A DNA stretch of 64,000 bases from Nemertoderma westbladi (GCA_032718475.1 JAUCBJ010000055.1:67051-131050); one strand, 5' to 3'; shown: positions 48,327-62,172, counted from the first letter of the stretch. The notes: generated from the letters alone by a model not told the origin. Program-made: numbers and translations.

Positions 48327-51139
48327 ATATATATTATATATTCATATTTTATATTTTATATTTTATTTATTTATATTTGTATATTTTATATTATATATTC
48401 AATATATATATATACTCAAACTCGCACCTCGATATGTTGAAACACCCTCTTCCGATAAACGAGGTTCTCGGGACAGCATGCGGAGATGATGGATATGATA
48501 ACGGCTGATCTCACTGGTGAATCTACCGAACCCACTCTCACAGTATGTCGCCCGTATGGACGTGTGGACAAAGAGCGGACGTAGCGTGGACGATTGAACG
48601 ACGAGCGCGAATCAGCTCTTTGGTCCAACCCGCGGTCCAGACTTTAATGTAAGGGTTCCAAAGTAAAGCACGTATTCATGCGTCTGCGTCTGTAAAGCGT
48701 TTTCAGTGTCGCTTATAGTCAAACCCGACCGATACCTCTCGACACCGACATCTCCAACCCCAATTTAGTTGTGAATGCTCTGATGTTGTAAACTCACGTC
48801 GTAGAGCCTATATGCGACGGTACTGATGAATGGATTATCGCTCCTCCTAGTCGAGCTGATCAAACGAAGATTTTAATTCGGGATAATTACCTCGAAAGAC
48901 GTCCTCTCCATCCCACGTGCTATGGGACTCAGGACCACCCGGATTTCGTCTTGCTCGGTCAACATTGTGTAACGAAACCCGAGCATCCCACCTGCAGCGT
49001 TGATTTCCTATCCCTGGTTAATTCCCTCGACGACACCAAAGTCGAGCCCCTGAAGAAATATCTTGACCACACTGAAATGCTTATAACCAAGTCAAATATC
49101 TTTCGACTCGACCCAAAAGGACAACGAAATATCCCTTCTGAAATATATCAGATTGTGGGATTACTCCGCGAATTTACAGCGGATTGTGCGATCACGTTAG
49201 CCCATAAAAAGTTATTGCGCTATTCTGTTCCCACATCAATCCTGGTTAGCTAACCTCAACCGGGAACATCTACTGGTGGACCAACCGTACGAACTGTCGC
49301 ACCCCCTTCTGACTCATTGAAACTTCATCCTTCCGCTGCTGAGGGGCTACAAGTGCAAGGTTATCCACCTCCGGTACCTGGTAATGGCTCCCTACTACCG
49401 AAACGTCGCAATCGACCCCCAAAAAGAAAAATAACCTGGAAATGTTTTTTTTGGGTTACTTTTTATTATGCTATTCTACTTTATATGACTTATATTTCTA
49501 CTTTATATTATGCGTAAAATAAGTACGTGGTATCCCCAATAATTCATTTAGCTTATTTGTTCACGAGCTGAGACCTTTTATATGTATTAGATATATTCTT
49601 TAGCACTATAGTTTGCTTATTTAGAAATAATTGGTACCCAATAATTCATTTAATTTGATTTGTTCACGAGCTGAAACCTTTTATATATGTATTAGATACT
49701 CTTGGTCTTGGCACTATAGTTGGCTTATTTAGAGGTGATAGATATTCACTAATCCACTCGATTTAATTTGTTCACAAGTTGAGATGTTTTTTATATGTTG
49801 GTTACGTATGCCCTGTATAATTCTCGTTTGATATTGATAACTGCATTATTTACTTATTGGATTTCTTTCTATGTACGAATTTGAACTTCTGCCTTGATTT
49901 TAACACCTTTGTAGCTAAATGAATGGAAGCGGTGTTGCTGCAGTTATATATCCTGCCTTTAAAATTACTTATTTTACCATTTTTACTCAAAAACGGTATT
50001 TGTATTGATAAAGGACCAGTTACGGTGTCATAATAATTATTATGACACCGTAACTGGTCCTTTATCAATAAAAATAACTATTTGTCTAATAATAATTTGT
50101 TAGGAATAATTATAATTATTCCTAACAAATTATTCTCTAGTAAAGGGTCTTACGCTATCTAGTGCTATTATACCTATATTCGAACTAATCTATTCAATCT
50201 GTAAGCCTCAATGGAATACGTGATGTCTTATTGCCCCAATGGAATACGTGATGTCTTATTGGTCCAAATTATTCTATTAACTATACCTAGTATAAATATT
50301 CGTTGGTTGGCCTACTCAGGCACTTGTAATCCGTGTCCTGAAGAATAATTTCCTTCACATGCAGGCTCTTAAGCACTGGTCAGATTACTGACAATCGGTG
50401 TTTATTACATGTCTTAGTATAATGTCCTTATGTCTTGTAATATCCCTTGTTAATTATTATTATTAATTGATATTCTGTCGTTAAACTCAATTTGTTCTCG
50501 TATTGTTTAATATACCGCCAATATTACGTAATCAAGGAGGTTTTACACGCGCCATAACAGGTGGGTCTCTGCAATTAAGTATCAGTGATAATCTGGACAA
50601 TTGTATTAGATTCGTGTGTTGTCTTACCTCTGATTTACTAAATAATTAATATATGGCGATATACCAGACCATTAATATAAGAAAAGCACTTGTTATTGAT
50701 TGTATCACGATTGAGAGTTGTCATAAATTGATTGCGATATAAATATGCATATAATTATACATAAAGACAAGTCACTATACGTTTCCCCTAAAGGCAAACA
50801 CAAACACCGAACTTGAGCCCTTACAGAATTAATTTGTCAGTCATTTACTTGTTATACTTTGTTGTCACACCCTCCCGGTATAGTATCTCAGTTAAATACA
50901 ATAGATAATCAAATACCGTATCGAACCAAATAAGTTATAAAGCAAATCAATACATGAGAAGGAAAGGAAAGGGAAGTGATCGACACAGTGAGCGGTCCTT
51001 GTTGACAGGTACACTGGTGCAATCCCGTTTATTGTCCAGTGGTCAAGGAGCCCTAAATGCATAGATTCTCTGCACAGGTATTAAACAAGTCAAAATATAT
51101 GCAATTGAGATTGGAAGAACATATTGTACTAAAAGCGCT

Positions 51140-52620
51140 AACAGTGGTAAAGGAAACATCGTTGCAGACACAGTCTCACGAGCAGTATGTGCCTCTGCTG
51201 CCATTGCCCTCCCAACTATTGACTACACCAAGTTAGCTGCTGACCAAGAGTGCGAAGAGATCAATGCCTACCAAACAGCCATTACTGGAATGGCACTTGT
51301 CGATGTCCAACTGACAAACAATGTCTCCATCCTATGTGATACCTCCACCGGCAAACCGCGCCCTATTGTCCCAGCAACATGGACCCATCGTAAATTTGGT
51401 GCAATTCATGGACTCTCCCACCCGGGGCGTCGACCCATACAGCGCGCCATATCTTCCTGTTTCGTTTGGCATGGACTCAAGCGTGATGTGCGCCGCTGGG
51501 TCAAAGGTCACCCAACATGTGCATGGACCCGTGACTCAACGCCCGCATGCAGAGCGACGTTTCGGCAGTTTTCACGTCGACCTTGTTGGACCTCTTCCAG
51601 AGTCTGAGGGCAATGTCTACCTCTTCACAATAATGGACCGCTTCACATGCTGGCCTGAGGCCATACCAATCACCAATAGCGAGACTGTGACTTGTGTTTG
51701 CTCCCTCATCCGCGGCTGGATATCCCTTTTTGGTATTCCAAACGACATCACATCAGACCGTGGCCCTCAATTTACAAGCTGCCTCTGGTCCGAACTCGGG
51801 GCAACACTCGGCATCTCAACCAACAATACAACTGCCTACCACCCTGCAGCCAATGGTATGGTGGAGCAGTTGCACCGACAACTGAAATCAGCACTGAAGG
51901 CACGCCTAACAGGACACAATTGGATGGATGAACAACCCTTTGTCCTACTCGGCATTCGTACTGCCTGGTGCGAGCGCACTAATGCATCAGCAGCTGAGCT
52001 TGTCTTTGGCACAGCCATGCGTGTGCCAGGTGAGTTTGTGCCAGATACCTCGCGTGCCACAGCCCCGCCTGATGCTTCCCTCCGCCAGCTGCAGGCTGAC
52101 ATGCGTGCCATACAGCCACCTCCTGTCGTATTCCACGCTGACCCACCAGTCCACATGCCTCCGGACCTCGAAAAAGCAACACACGTGTACATCCACCACG
52201 ATGCTCACCCCGCACCCTTACGGCGACCTTATGACGGTCCATTCCGCGTCCTCCAAGCTGGTGACAAATCCTTCATTGTCGACTGCAATGGCAAAGAATA
52301 TACTGTCTCTGTGGAAAGGCTGAAAGCCGCCTACCTGCCAATGCAGCCTCCGACCCAGCCCATTCCACAACCTCACCAGCCTCCTGGTTCGCCACTGCCA
52401 GCAACTGTAACACGCTCAGGCCGTCATGTCCGCCGGCCAGCCCGTTTCCCTGACTGACGAATCGCCACCTCGTCCAGGAACTCGGCCCTGTCCTCCTCGC
52501 TGGGGGGAGGCCCTGTGGCGCCCCTAAAGGACCGAACAGTCTTCTGCGCCTCTTAGCAACTGATTATATTATATTATTTGTGTGGAAGGATTTTTTATGT
52601 TGGATTATCCTCGTCCCACA
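51140..52620 (+). mobile_element. Gypsy integrase relic, copy 1, with PPT and start of LTR
   Basis: HGLSHPG, HVDLVGP, TSDRGPQF, TAYHPAANGMVEQLHR, PYDGPF (GPY/F), TRSGR; purine tract, then TGTGGCG at ~52514. Confidence 0.9.
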
Positions 52621-52803
52621 ATGGATCCGAAGTCAGGTGACGACCTTTCGATACTCAAGGGAAAGGCATGGGCAGCGTTACATAGACTGTCCAGGATTTG
52701 GAAGTCCCATAGAATAAAACGGAACCTTAAGGTTCCATTATTTATGGCTGTAGTAGTACCAGTACTCTTATATGGGAATTCATGCTGTGCTGTAACTGCT
52801 GCA
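52621..52803 (+). pseudogene. RTE fragment (same family as 44348-46968)
   Basis: KGKAWAALHRLSRIWKS...VVPVLLYG; duplicated at ~58866-59050. Confidence 0.8.
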
Positions 52804-53463
52804 GACAGACAGACAGACAGGTTTGTAACCTATTCTTACAGTTAGTTACCTGTCGGTTCATGACTAGAAACGGTCTGTCTGTCTGTCTGTTAGTTACAGA
52901 CTACTATTGCAGTGTACTCTCATCTAATAATAATTGTTTTATTTGGAATGCATAACAGACATTCCCTACCCTGCATAATACTCAATGCAAATATAGTAAT
53001 CAAATAAATAAAAATGATTTAATGTATTAAAAGGTTCTGTGTATTACCACTTTATTGAGAATTTTACATAAATTATTAATAAGTGTTTCAATTTGCCCTT
53101 GCTCCGTGCTAGATTCCTTGTTTTGGTTTAGGACAGGGTATAGGTTTAGGTTTTGGTAGGGTTTGGTTTAGGCAGCCCAGAATAGGACACCTGATAGATA
53201 TAAATTATTTAATGTAATAAACACCTGACTCATCACCTCTCGCTTATTGCTGAATACACAACGGATATACATCAGTGGTTGTTCCTGCAGTTATACATCC
53301 TGCCTTTAAAATTACTTATTTTACTTAAAAACGATATTTTTATTGATAAAGGACCAGTTACGGTGTCATAATAATTATTCCTAACAAATTATTCTCTAGT
53401 AAAGGTTCTTACGCCATCTAGTGCTATTATACATATATTCGAACTAATCTATTCAATCCTCAA

Positions 53464-56400
53464 AATAGCGTATTTACTCTGGCCAGGCAAAGGCACACAA
53501 CCTCTGATATCGTGGGAGGGTCACTCATATATTAGTTAGTTTAGAGTTTTTTTTACAATTTACTCAAATTTTAAGACATACAATGCATTGTGTCTAACAG
53601 TGTGGGACTGTGGGGCGAGCCACGAAGTAAGTCATCGAGTTGTCTGTCGTCGTTGTTGTCCGTAACAATTTTGATCGCTAATTTCTCAGCCACTTTCAAT
53701 ACAAATGAAACAAATCAAACTAGAGAAAATGTTAGGATCGAATATGAATTATGGTGAATAATGAAATGAAAATGAATAATGAAAATTATTATTATTATAT
53801 TATTATTATTATTAGCACAATTATTATGTGGTATTATCTAATAGACTATAATACTTATTTGTGATATTTGGCAGCATATTTCTTCTTTGATGCAGTAGAG
53901 CCTACAATTTCAGTTTTCCGTTTGGCAAAATTGTTCATAAGAATGTTGGACACACGTCGGAAGTCTTTATCCTCGAGACGAATATAAGAAAAACCGTGAC
54001 TAAGTAGCTTAAAGGCTTTACCCAGCTGTGCAAGACAATACAGAGATGGGTCGGTTACAGTAAAAAATACTACGCAACAAGATATAAACTGCACTAAACT
54101 TTCTGCCGGAATACAGAGGCTTCCTCGGGAAACTAACTTTGTATAAGCTACCCACTCGAGAGGACATTCGGGGCTATCGGGCATCTCTATAGAACGACCA
54201 TCTTTAAGGGCTTTATGGAGCAGGTAACCTCCAATATAAACTACGACACTTCGAGTTGTTGGGGGAACATCTCCAGTAGTAACTGAGTCATACGCAAAGT
54301 CTATTTCAGATAAAGCTTCTTCAGTTAGTTCACAATCGCATTTCGAACAGGAATGGCATATAGGGATGTCGCATAAGGAAGAAATAGACACTCCGGCATG
54401 GAAAGCATGTTTCGCTAACATTAGCCTCATAGTATTATGAAGCATCTCGTGGGTAACGTAATAAGAAGCTGCATTTCTTTGACGGACTTCACTGAACAAT
54501 TTTTCAATATCATTGGAGGAATAGCGGCTTGGCAGAAAATATGAATACTCAGGAGAGAGGAGGAGTCGAGTTGACAAAGTTTTCAGGCCACGTGTTAATC
54601 GAAGCAATCCTTTCTTTGTATCGGAAGAAAGGCTCGATGTTTGCATGGCTGATGCAAAATCAATTACCCAGTTAAGTTCCTCTGGGTCAGTTATCCGCTC
54701 ATCAGAGAGAGTTCGCCAGAAACGGATAACAAGTCGAATCAGAGTGGCCGTGGGAGGATGTCGGGTTTCAACAGCTGCGGCTGTTTTATCATTCCACAAT
54801 TGGAGAGCCAGTGGAACACTTTGTTTTCCATAATTATCCAATTCAACGGACTTTTTTGTAAGAGCCGATTGACGCAGAAGTTTGCTTTCCTCCTCGACCT
54901 GTAGATTGATAATAACATTCCAATCTGCTATAAGCACTTCGTTCGTATCTGGATTGGTGAATTCAAATTTACACTTCGAAAAGAAGTTATTTCGAATAGA
55001 CTTAATTATATGCACGAAATCGCACAGTGCAATTCCTCCCCTGCCACTAATAATGTCCAAGAAAGACTGATTGACCCGGCAGTTGTCAGTTACAACAGCA
55101 ATAACTTCACAACCAACATCAACGATAGCTGTAGTAATATCATCATGGAATGAAAGCAGTTCATCTGATGTAAGAGATGCGGCAGGGAGGAACTTAATAG
55201 GAATACGCGGGCCACCGAACTCGAACTTCAGCAGGGCACCCAATGCAGTCTTAGCCACCTTTCCATTATTTGTGAGGCCATAAAAGTTTCCACCGCGATA
55301 CTGAATTCCAGGTTTTAAATATATTTCATCATACTGGATTACAAGTAGCCTTTGTCGTTGTTCTAATGATGAAACAATTGAACGTAGAAAATCTCTATCA
55401 GTCTGTGAAATAACAGCAGACATGATCGTACGCATTAGACGAGGCGAAGGCAAAGACATCTCAGATCGTAAAAATAAATAAGCTGAACGCGAACGGGAGA
55501 GAAGATCCAGGGCAAATACTATGTCGTGATCAGTATAACGCCGACCAACCTTCTTCTGGCGGAGTTTTCGTTCAATAATTTGCAGAGGCAGTTGGCTCTT
55601 GGAAAATTCTCCATGCATCATGTCGAGGAGGCCTGTTAATTCTGACCATTTTGTGAGGTTTCGCCCGCGACGAAATACAGTCTGATTAGTCATATAGAAG
55701 GGATCTCCTCCTATAAACGCATCCTTGACAAGAAGGGAATTATGGGATGTATCTTTCTCCACTACGAGTGTTACATTAGCAAGCGGGCCGGTAGTTTCTA
55801 CAGACAATATTCTAGCTTGTGTTGGAGAAACTTCTACTACAACATTTTGTGGAGAAACTCTCTCTTTCAGCATTGCAGAAAAGGTGCCGGTAATAGGATC
55901 CAGGTTTATAGTATCCCTTTTTAGAAACTCTTCCATGGAATCTACTTCAACACGGCGGTTCTGTGCAGATATCTTACCTGCATGGACACGCTTTGGTGGT
56001 GCTGGTGATGGTGCAGATGAGTGCGGAATATTATGAAAAATGGATGGTGGACAAGTTGCTTGTTTGGATCCACGGGGCCCGATCTTAAAGGAATCCATGG
56101 GAAAATGTTTTTCACATATTGTATGGCAAGTTTTGGGCTGCCAGCCAATTGGAAGTTTGTTGGGGAGGGACCGGATCCAAGCGTTTCTCTCCTCGGGATC
56201 GGAAGGAAATCGAAACCTGGCAAGGTGAGGATCTATAGTGCCAGTTGTTTTCCGGCATTTTCTAATAAGGTAACCGGTGCGACAGCCATATACCATGCAA
56301 GTATTTACCATTGTTAAGTTTTTACATTTCCGAGATTAGTTCGTTATAATTGAATATGATTCGTAATAACAGAATAATGATTCGTTATAATCGTTATATG

Positions 56401-57106
56401 GATTAATCTACTGTACACAATATAGCCTACGTACTTTGTACCAGTAGGCTACTTTTGTATACAGGAAAACAATAACAAAATTAAAATGTGGGGAGGAAAC
56501 TACCGAACTACAAAAGTGCCAAAATATAATTAGGCTTAGTTTAATTGAACACATAGCGCCGAATGCTGTACACAATATAGCCTATGTACATTGTACCAGT
56601 ACTGCAGTAGGCTACTTTTGTATACAGTGGGGAGGAAACTACTGAACTACAAAAGTGCAAAAATATAATTAGGCTTAGTTTAATTGAATACATAGCGCGG
56701 AATGCCGTCCAAATGACCCGCAACTGATCGGCTATACCAGTATACGCGGCGTCCCGACTGAGCTGTCCGCCATGCCCTGGTTCGTCGGCCTCGTCGACGA
56801 GTGGCGTCGCCATAGGCTGGCGCGAATTTTAGCTTGGTTGCCTTGGGCGGGCAACAGACCAGCCAGACTGCTTCCGCAGTTAGCTAATTCAGTAATTACA
56901 CCATACGCCAATTACGGTACCAGGGTACAGGACTGTGTACTGCAGTACTGGTACTGTACACTGTACACAATTACTGCATACTGCAATGTCAGACTCCTGG
57001 ACACAGAATACAGTTCAGCAATTGCAGAAATGGGCAGCAAGTAAAGTGACCCTCCCACGATTTCAGAGGTTGTGTGCCTTTGCCTGGCCAGAGTAAATAC
57101 GCTATT
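53464..57106 (-). mobile_element. P-superfamily (THAP) DNA transposon, complete
   Basis: 62-bp TIRs at 53464-53525 and 57045-57106 (1 mismatch). 8-bp TSD ATCCTCAA at 53456-53463 and 57107-57114. Confidence 0.93.
53855..56311 (-). CDS. THAP-domain P-element-like transposase, 818 aa, uninterrupted
   Basis: THAP: CMVYGC..RFP..W..CEKHF..PSIF. Catalytic region: QYDEIYLK, VVTDNCRVN, DFVHIIKSIRNN, NDIEKLFSEVR; C-terminal SRGSLCIP. Confidence 0.93.
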   Translation of the reverse strand: MVNTCMVYGCRTGYLIRKCRKTTGTIDPHLARFRFPSDPEERNAWIRSLPNKLPIGWQPKTCHTICEKHFPMDSFKIGPRGSKQATCPPSIFHNIPHSSAPSPAPPKRVHAGKISAQNRRVEVDSMEEFLKRDTINLDPITGTFSAMLKERVSPQNVVVEVSPTQARILSVETTGPLANVTLVVEKDTSHNSLLVKDAFIGGDPFYMTNQTVFRRGRNLTKWSELTGLLDMMHGEFSKSQLPLQIIERKLRQKKVGRRYTDHDIVFALDLLSRSRSAYLFLRSEMSLPSPRLMRTIMSAVISQTDRDFLRSIVSSLEQRQRLLVIQYDEIYLKPGIQYRGGNFYGLTNNGKVAKTALGALLKFEFGGPRIPIKFLPAASLTSDELLSFHDDITTAIVDVGCEVIAVVTDNCRVNQSFLDIISGRGGIALCDFVHIIKSIRNNFFSKCKFEFTNPDTNEVLIADWNVIINLQVEEESKLLRQSALTKKSVELDNYGKQSVPLALQLWNDKTAAAVETRHPPTATLIRLVIRFWRTLSDERITDPEELNWVIDFASAMQTSSLSSDTKKGLLRLTRGLKTLSTRLLLSPEYSYFLPSRYSSNDIEKLFSEVRQRNAASYYVTHEMLHNTMRLMLAKHAFHAGVSISSLCDIPICHSCSKCDCELTEEALSEIDFAYDSVTTGDVPPTTRSVVVYIGGYLLHKALKDGRSIEMPDSPECPLEWVAYTKLVSRGSLCIPAESLVQFISCCVVFFTVTDPSLYCLAQLGKAFKLLSHGFSYIRLEDKDFRRVSNILMNNFAKRKTEIVGSTASKKKYAAKYHK

Positions 57107-57559
57107 ATCCTCAACCATCTGTAGATGGTTGAGGCTCTGTAGTCTCAGAGGCTCTGTAAGCCTCAACGGAATACGTGATGTCTTATTGCCCCAATGGAAT
57201 ACGTGATGTCTTATTGGTCCAAATTATTCTATTAACTATACCTAGTATAAATATTCGTTGGTTGGCCTACTCAGGCACTTGTAATCTGTGTCCTGCAGAA
57301 TAATTTCCTTCACATGCAGGCTCTTAAGCACTGGTCAGATTACTGACAATCGGTGTTTATTACATGTCTTAGATAATGTCCTTATGTCTTGTAATCTCCC
57401 TTGTTAATTATTATTATTAATTGATATTCTGTCGTTAAACTCAATTTGCTCTCGTATCGTTTAATATACCGCCGATATTACGTAATCAAGGAGGTTTTAC
57501 ACACGCCATAACAGGTCAAAATATATGAAATTGAGATTGGAAGAACATATTTTACTAAA

Positions 57560-58865
57560 AGCGCTAACAGTGGTAAAGGAAACATCATTGCAGACACACT
57601 CTCACGAGCAGTATGTGCCTCTGCTGCCATTGCCCTCCCATCTATTGACTACACAAAGTTAGCTGCTGACCAATAGTGCGAAGAGATCAATGCCTACCGC
57701 ACAGCCATTACTGGAATGACACTTGTCGATGTCCAACTGACAAACAATGTCTCCATTCTATGCGATACCTCCACCGGCAAACCGCGCCCCATTGTCCCAG
57801 CAAAATGGACCCATTGTAAATTTGGTGCAATTCATGGACTCTCCCACCCGGGGCCTCGACCCACACAGCGCGCGATATCTGCCCGTTTCGTTTGGCATGG
57901 ACTCAAGCGTGATGTGCGCCGCTGGTGCCGTGAGTGCCACCCGAGCCAGGCGTCAAAGGTCACCCAACATGTGCATGGACCCGTGACTCAACGCCCGCAT
58001 GCAGAGCGACGTTTCGGCAGTTTTCACGTCGACCTTGTTGGACCTCTTCCAGAGTCTGAGGGCAATGTCTACCTCTTTACAATAATGGACCGCTTCACAC
58101 GCTGGCCTGAGGCCATACCAATCACTAATAGTGAGACTGTGACATGTGTTTGCTCCCTCATCCGCGGCTGGATATCCCTTTTTGGTATTCCAAACGACAT
58201 CACATCAGACCATGGCCCTCAATTTACAAGCGGCATTCGTGAGCTTGTCTTTGGCACAGCCCTGCGTGTGCCAGGTGAGTTTGTGCCAGATACCTCGCGT
58301 GCCACAGCCCCGTCTGATGCTTCCCTCCGACAGCTGCAGGCTGACATGTGTGCCATACAGCCACCTCCTGTCGTATTCCACTCTGACCCACCAGTCCACA
58401 TGCCTCCGGACCTGGAAAAAGCCACACACGCGTACATCCGCCACGATGCTCACCGTGCGCCCTTACAGCGACCTTATGACGGTCCCTTCCGCGTCCTCCA
58501 AGCTGGTGACAAATCCTTCATTGTCGACCGCAATGGCAAAGAATATACTGTCTCTGTGGAAAGGCTGAAAGCCGCCTACCTGCCAATGCAGCCTCCGACC
58601 CAGCCCATTCCACAACCTCACCAGCCTCCTGGTTCGCCACTGCCAGCAACTGTAACACGCTCAGGCCGTCAGGTCCGCCGGCCAGCCCATTTCCCTGACT
58701 GACGAATCGCCACCTCGTCCAGGAACTCGGCCCTGTCCTTCTCGCTGGGGGGAGGACCTGTGGCTCCCCAAACGGACCTAACAGTCTTCTGCGCCTCTTA
58801 GCAACTGATTATATTATATTATTTGTGTGCAAGGATTTTTTATGTTGGATTATCCTCCTCCCACA
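57560..58865 (+). mobile_element. Gypsy integrase relic, copy 2 (duplicate with a different internal deletion)
   Basis: ORF 57716-58702 keeps the HHCC-like region (CRECHPS) but lacks the catalytic E segment. Confidence 0.9.
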
Positions 58866-60616
58866 ATGGATCCGAAGTCAGGTGACGACCTTTGGATACT
58901 CAAGGGGGAGGCATGGGCAGCGTTACATAGACTGTCCAGGATTTGGAAGTCCCATAGAATAAAACGGAACCTTAAGGTTCGATTATTTATGGCTGTAGTA
59001 GTACCAGTACTCTTATATGGGAATTCATGCTGTGCTCTAACTGCTGCAGACGATACTGATGAATGGATTATCGCTCCTCCCGGTCGAGCTGATTAAATAA
59101 AGACTTTAATCCGGGAAAATTACATCGAAAGACGTCCTCTCCAATCCCTGTGCTATGGGACTCAGGACCACCCGGTTTTCGTCTTGCTCGGTCAACATTG
59201 TGTAACAAAACCCGAGCATCCCGCCTCCAGCGTGGATTTTCTATCTCTGGTTGATCCCCTCGACGATACCGAAATAGAGCCCCTGCAGAAGCATTTCAAC
59301 CATACAATAAAGTCAAATACCTTTCGACTCGACCCAAAGGGACGACAGAACATCCCTTCTAAAATATATCAGATTGTGGGATCACTCCGTAAATTTACAG
59401 CGGATTGCGCGATCACGTTATGTAAAGTTATTGCGCCATTCTGTTCCCACATCAATCCTGGTTAGCTAACCTCAACCGGGAACATCTACTGGTGGACCAA
59501 CCGTACGAACTGTCGCACCCCCTTCTGACTCATTGGAACTTCATCCTTCCGCTGCTGAGGGGCTACAAGTGCAAGGTTCTCCGCCTCCGGTACCTGGTAA
59601 TGGCTCCCTACCACCGAAACGTCGCAATCGACCCCCAAAAAGAAAAATAACCTGGAAATGTTTTTTTTTTGGTTACTTTTTATTATGCTATTCTACTTTA
59701 TATGACTTATATTCCTACTTTATATTATTCGTAAAATAAGTAAGTGGTATCCCCAATAATTCATTTAGTTTATTTGCTCACGCGCTGAGACATTTTATAT
59801 GTATTAGATAACTACAGTTTACTTATTTAGAAGTGATAGATATTCACTAATATACTCGATTCAATTTTGTTCACGAGTTGAGGCATTATTTATATGCTGG
59901 TTATGTGTGTTCTATATAATTTGAGTTTGTCATTGTTAAATTGAACTATTTACTTACTAGACCTTCTCTTATATACGATTTGAACTCCCACTTTCGTTTT
60001 GACCACCCTGATGGCTAAATGAATGGAAGCGGTGTTGCTGCACGTGTGAACTTAGCCTTTAGCCTTTTAGATTACTTATTTTACTAATTTTAAGCTCAAC
60101 ACACCATTTTTCATTGATAAAGTTGGTTACGATAAAATATTGCCTGTTTCAGTTAAGCCATGCTTTACTGGGGGTTTTAACGCCCAATCAGTGCCATTAT
60201 ACACACACATATCCTACCTCCCATTGGCTGTATCATTCTATTACTGTTAATTTAATATATATAGCTTGGTTGGTTGGATGCTGGCTCACTGTGTACATGT
60301 TGCGCTGCAGTGAAATTACACCTCACATGCAGGGCTTTAATGAGCTAGTCAGGTTTTAATGACTGGCAAATATTACATGTCCTGGTCTAATGTCTAAATC
60401 TAATTGTTAATAATTGAATTATATTTATCCGTTATTTTATTGATATTCTGCTAGTAAATTCAATGTGCTGCTATTATTTGCTTAATATATCGCCGATATT
60501 ACGGAATCAAGAAAGTTTTACACTCGCCACAACAGGCGGGTTACTATAATTAAGTATCAGTGATAATCTGTATCAGATTTATGTGTTGTCTTACCTCTGA
60601 TTTACTATATAATTAA

Positions 60617-62172
60617 CCCTATTAAACCCGGGGGGGGGGTCAATATGACCCCCTCGTGGTTTTTTTATTATAATTCTGAAACAAACGCAGTTGGGAATCT
60701 GAAATTTTATGACTTTTCCTAAAAATCTATTGTCTTCATGGTAGTGAAAACCGTTTTCAAAAATATTGGGTACTTTTCGAGTTATAGCACCATTTTTTAA
60801 CCCTACTTTTGGCACTTTTTTTGAGACGTTTTTTGAAAATTACATTTCATTAAATATGAATTGTAACATCTCTATTTTTGATTTACACCGGTTTTTTGGT
60901 GTTAGAAATTGGATGGAATTCATATAAATTGATTTAGAAATTTCAAACTTGTTTTTTTCGATGGGTGCCAAATTTTGGTGCCAGCACCAAATTTTGAAAT
61001 AAGTCAATTTTGTAAATTGATTGTTTGAAACTTGTTTTTTACGCAATTGGGGTTTTTTGAGGTTCTGGATTCGATGAAATATATACGAGTTGAACCAAGC
61101 GTATCAAACTTGTATTTTTCGGTGCTGTGTGCTAATTTTGGTGCTAGCACGAAATTTTGAAAATCCATTCAATATATAAAATTGCTTGTGACAATTTATT
61201 TCTTGCGTTTTAGAGGTTTATGGCTGTTCTGAATTCAATGGAAAATATAATTATCGAACTAGACATCTCAAACTTGTATTTTTCGGATGTGGGTGCAAAA
61301 TGTGGTGCTAGCACCAAATTTTGAAAACCATCAGATATATCAATTGATTGTGTCACCTTGTTTCTTGCGTTATACGGGTTTGTGATGGTTCTGAATTCAA
61401 TGGAATCAGTAAAAATTTCATAAGAGTTATCAAACTTGTATTTTTCGCCGGTGGGTGAAAATTGTTGTGCCAGCACCAAATTTTGGAAAATATGCAAATT
61501 GATAAGTAGATAGTATCACCTTGTTTCTTGCGTTATACGGGTTTATGAGGGTCCTGAATCAGATGAAATCAATAAAAACAGCACTGGACATCGCAAACTT
61601 GTACTTTTTGGTGATGGGTACGAAATTTGGTGCTAGCACCAAAATTTGCTAAATTGCGCCGAAAAATACAAGTAGCAAGGATCTGGCATATTAGAAATGT
61701 ATTCCATTAGAATCAGCGCCCTCGAAAACCTGAAAATGTGAATTTATAGCATCGTATAAGTGAATTAAAAATTTTGTGTTCTAACTGAAAAGTGCTGGTT
61801 ACTTGTTTTTTTCATTTTTTTCCTACGCAGAGAGGACTAAACAGCCATTTATAGTAATCATATCTTTTTTAAATATTTTCCAATGTATTTTGCACCCCAA
61901 AAAACCTGTATTGAAAAATAATTAGCCGAAAATGTAACTTTCAAATTTTGTGAAAATTGTGCACTACTTGTAATTTTGGTGCTGCAATATAACCACCCCA
62001 GTACATTTTTTCGAAAATTTCTTTTTTCGGTCGGATCCAGACAAGTGATACCTACGTACAAACAAAAAATCAGACGTTTTCGTAAATATTTGTAGATTTT
62101 AGAGGGGGGGGGGGGTCAATATGACCCCTTCCCGGTATTTGTACAACATTTTATAGCCCGGTTCTAATAGGG
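60617..62172. mobile_element. Non-autonomous piggyBac-type element (MITE)
   Basis: TTAA TSD at 60613-60616 and 62173-62176. CCCTATTA...TAATAGGG TIRs. Paralogous empty site at ~50645. Confidence 0.9.

Noticed and set aside
52802-52888. Tiny MITE with (CAGA)n/(TCTG)n ends
   Set aside because: Single copy, microsatellite arms and no TSD identified.
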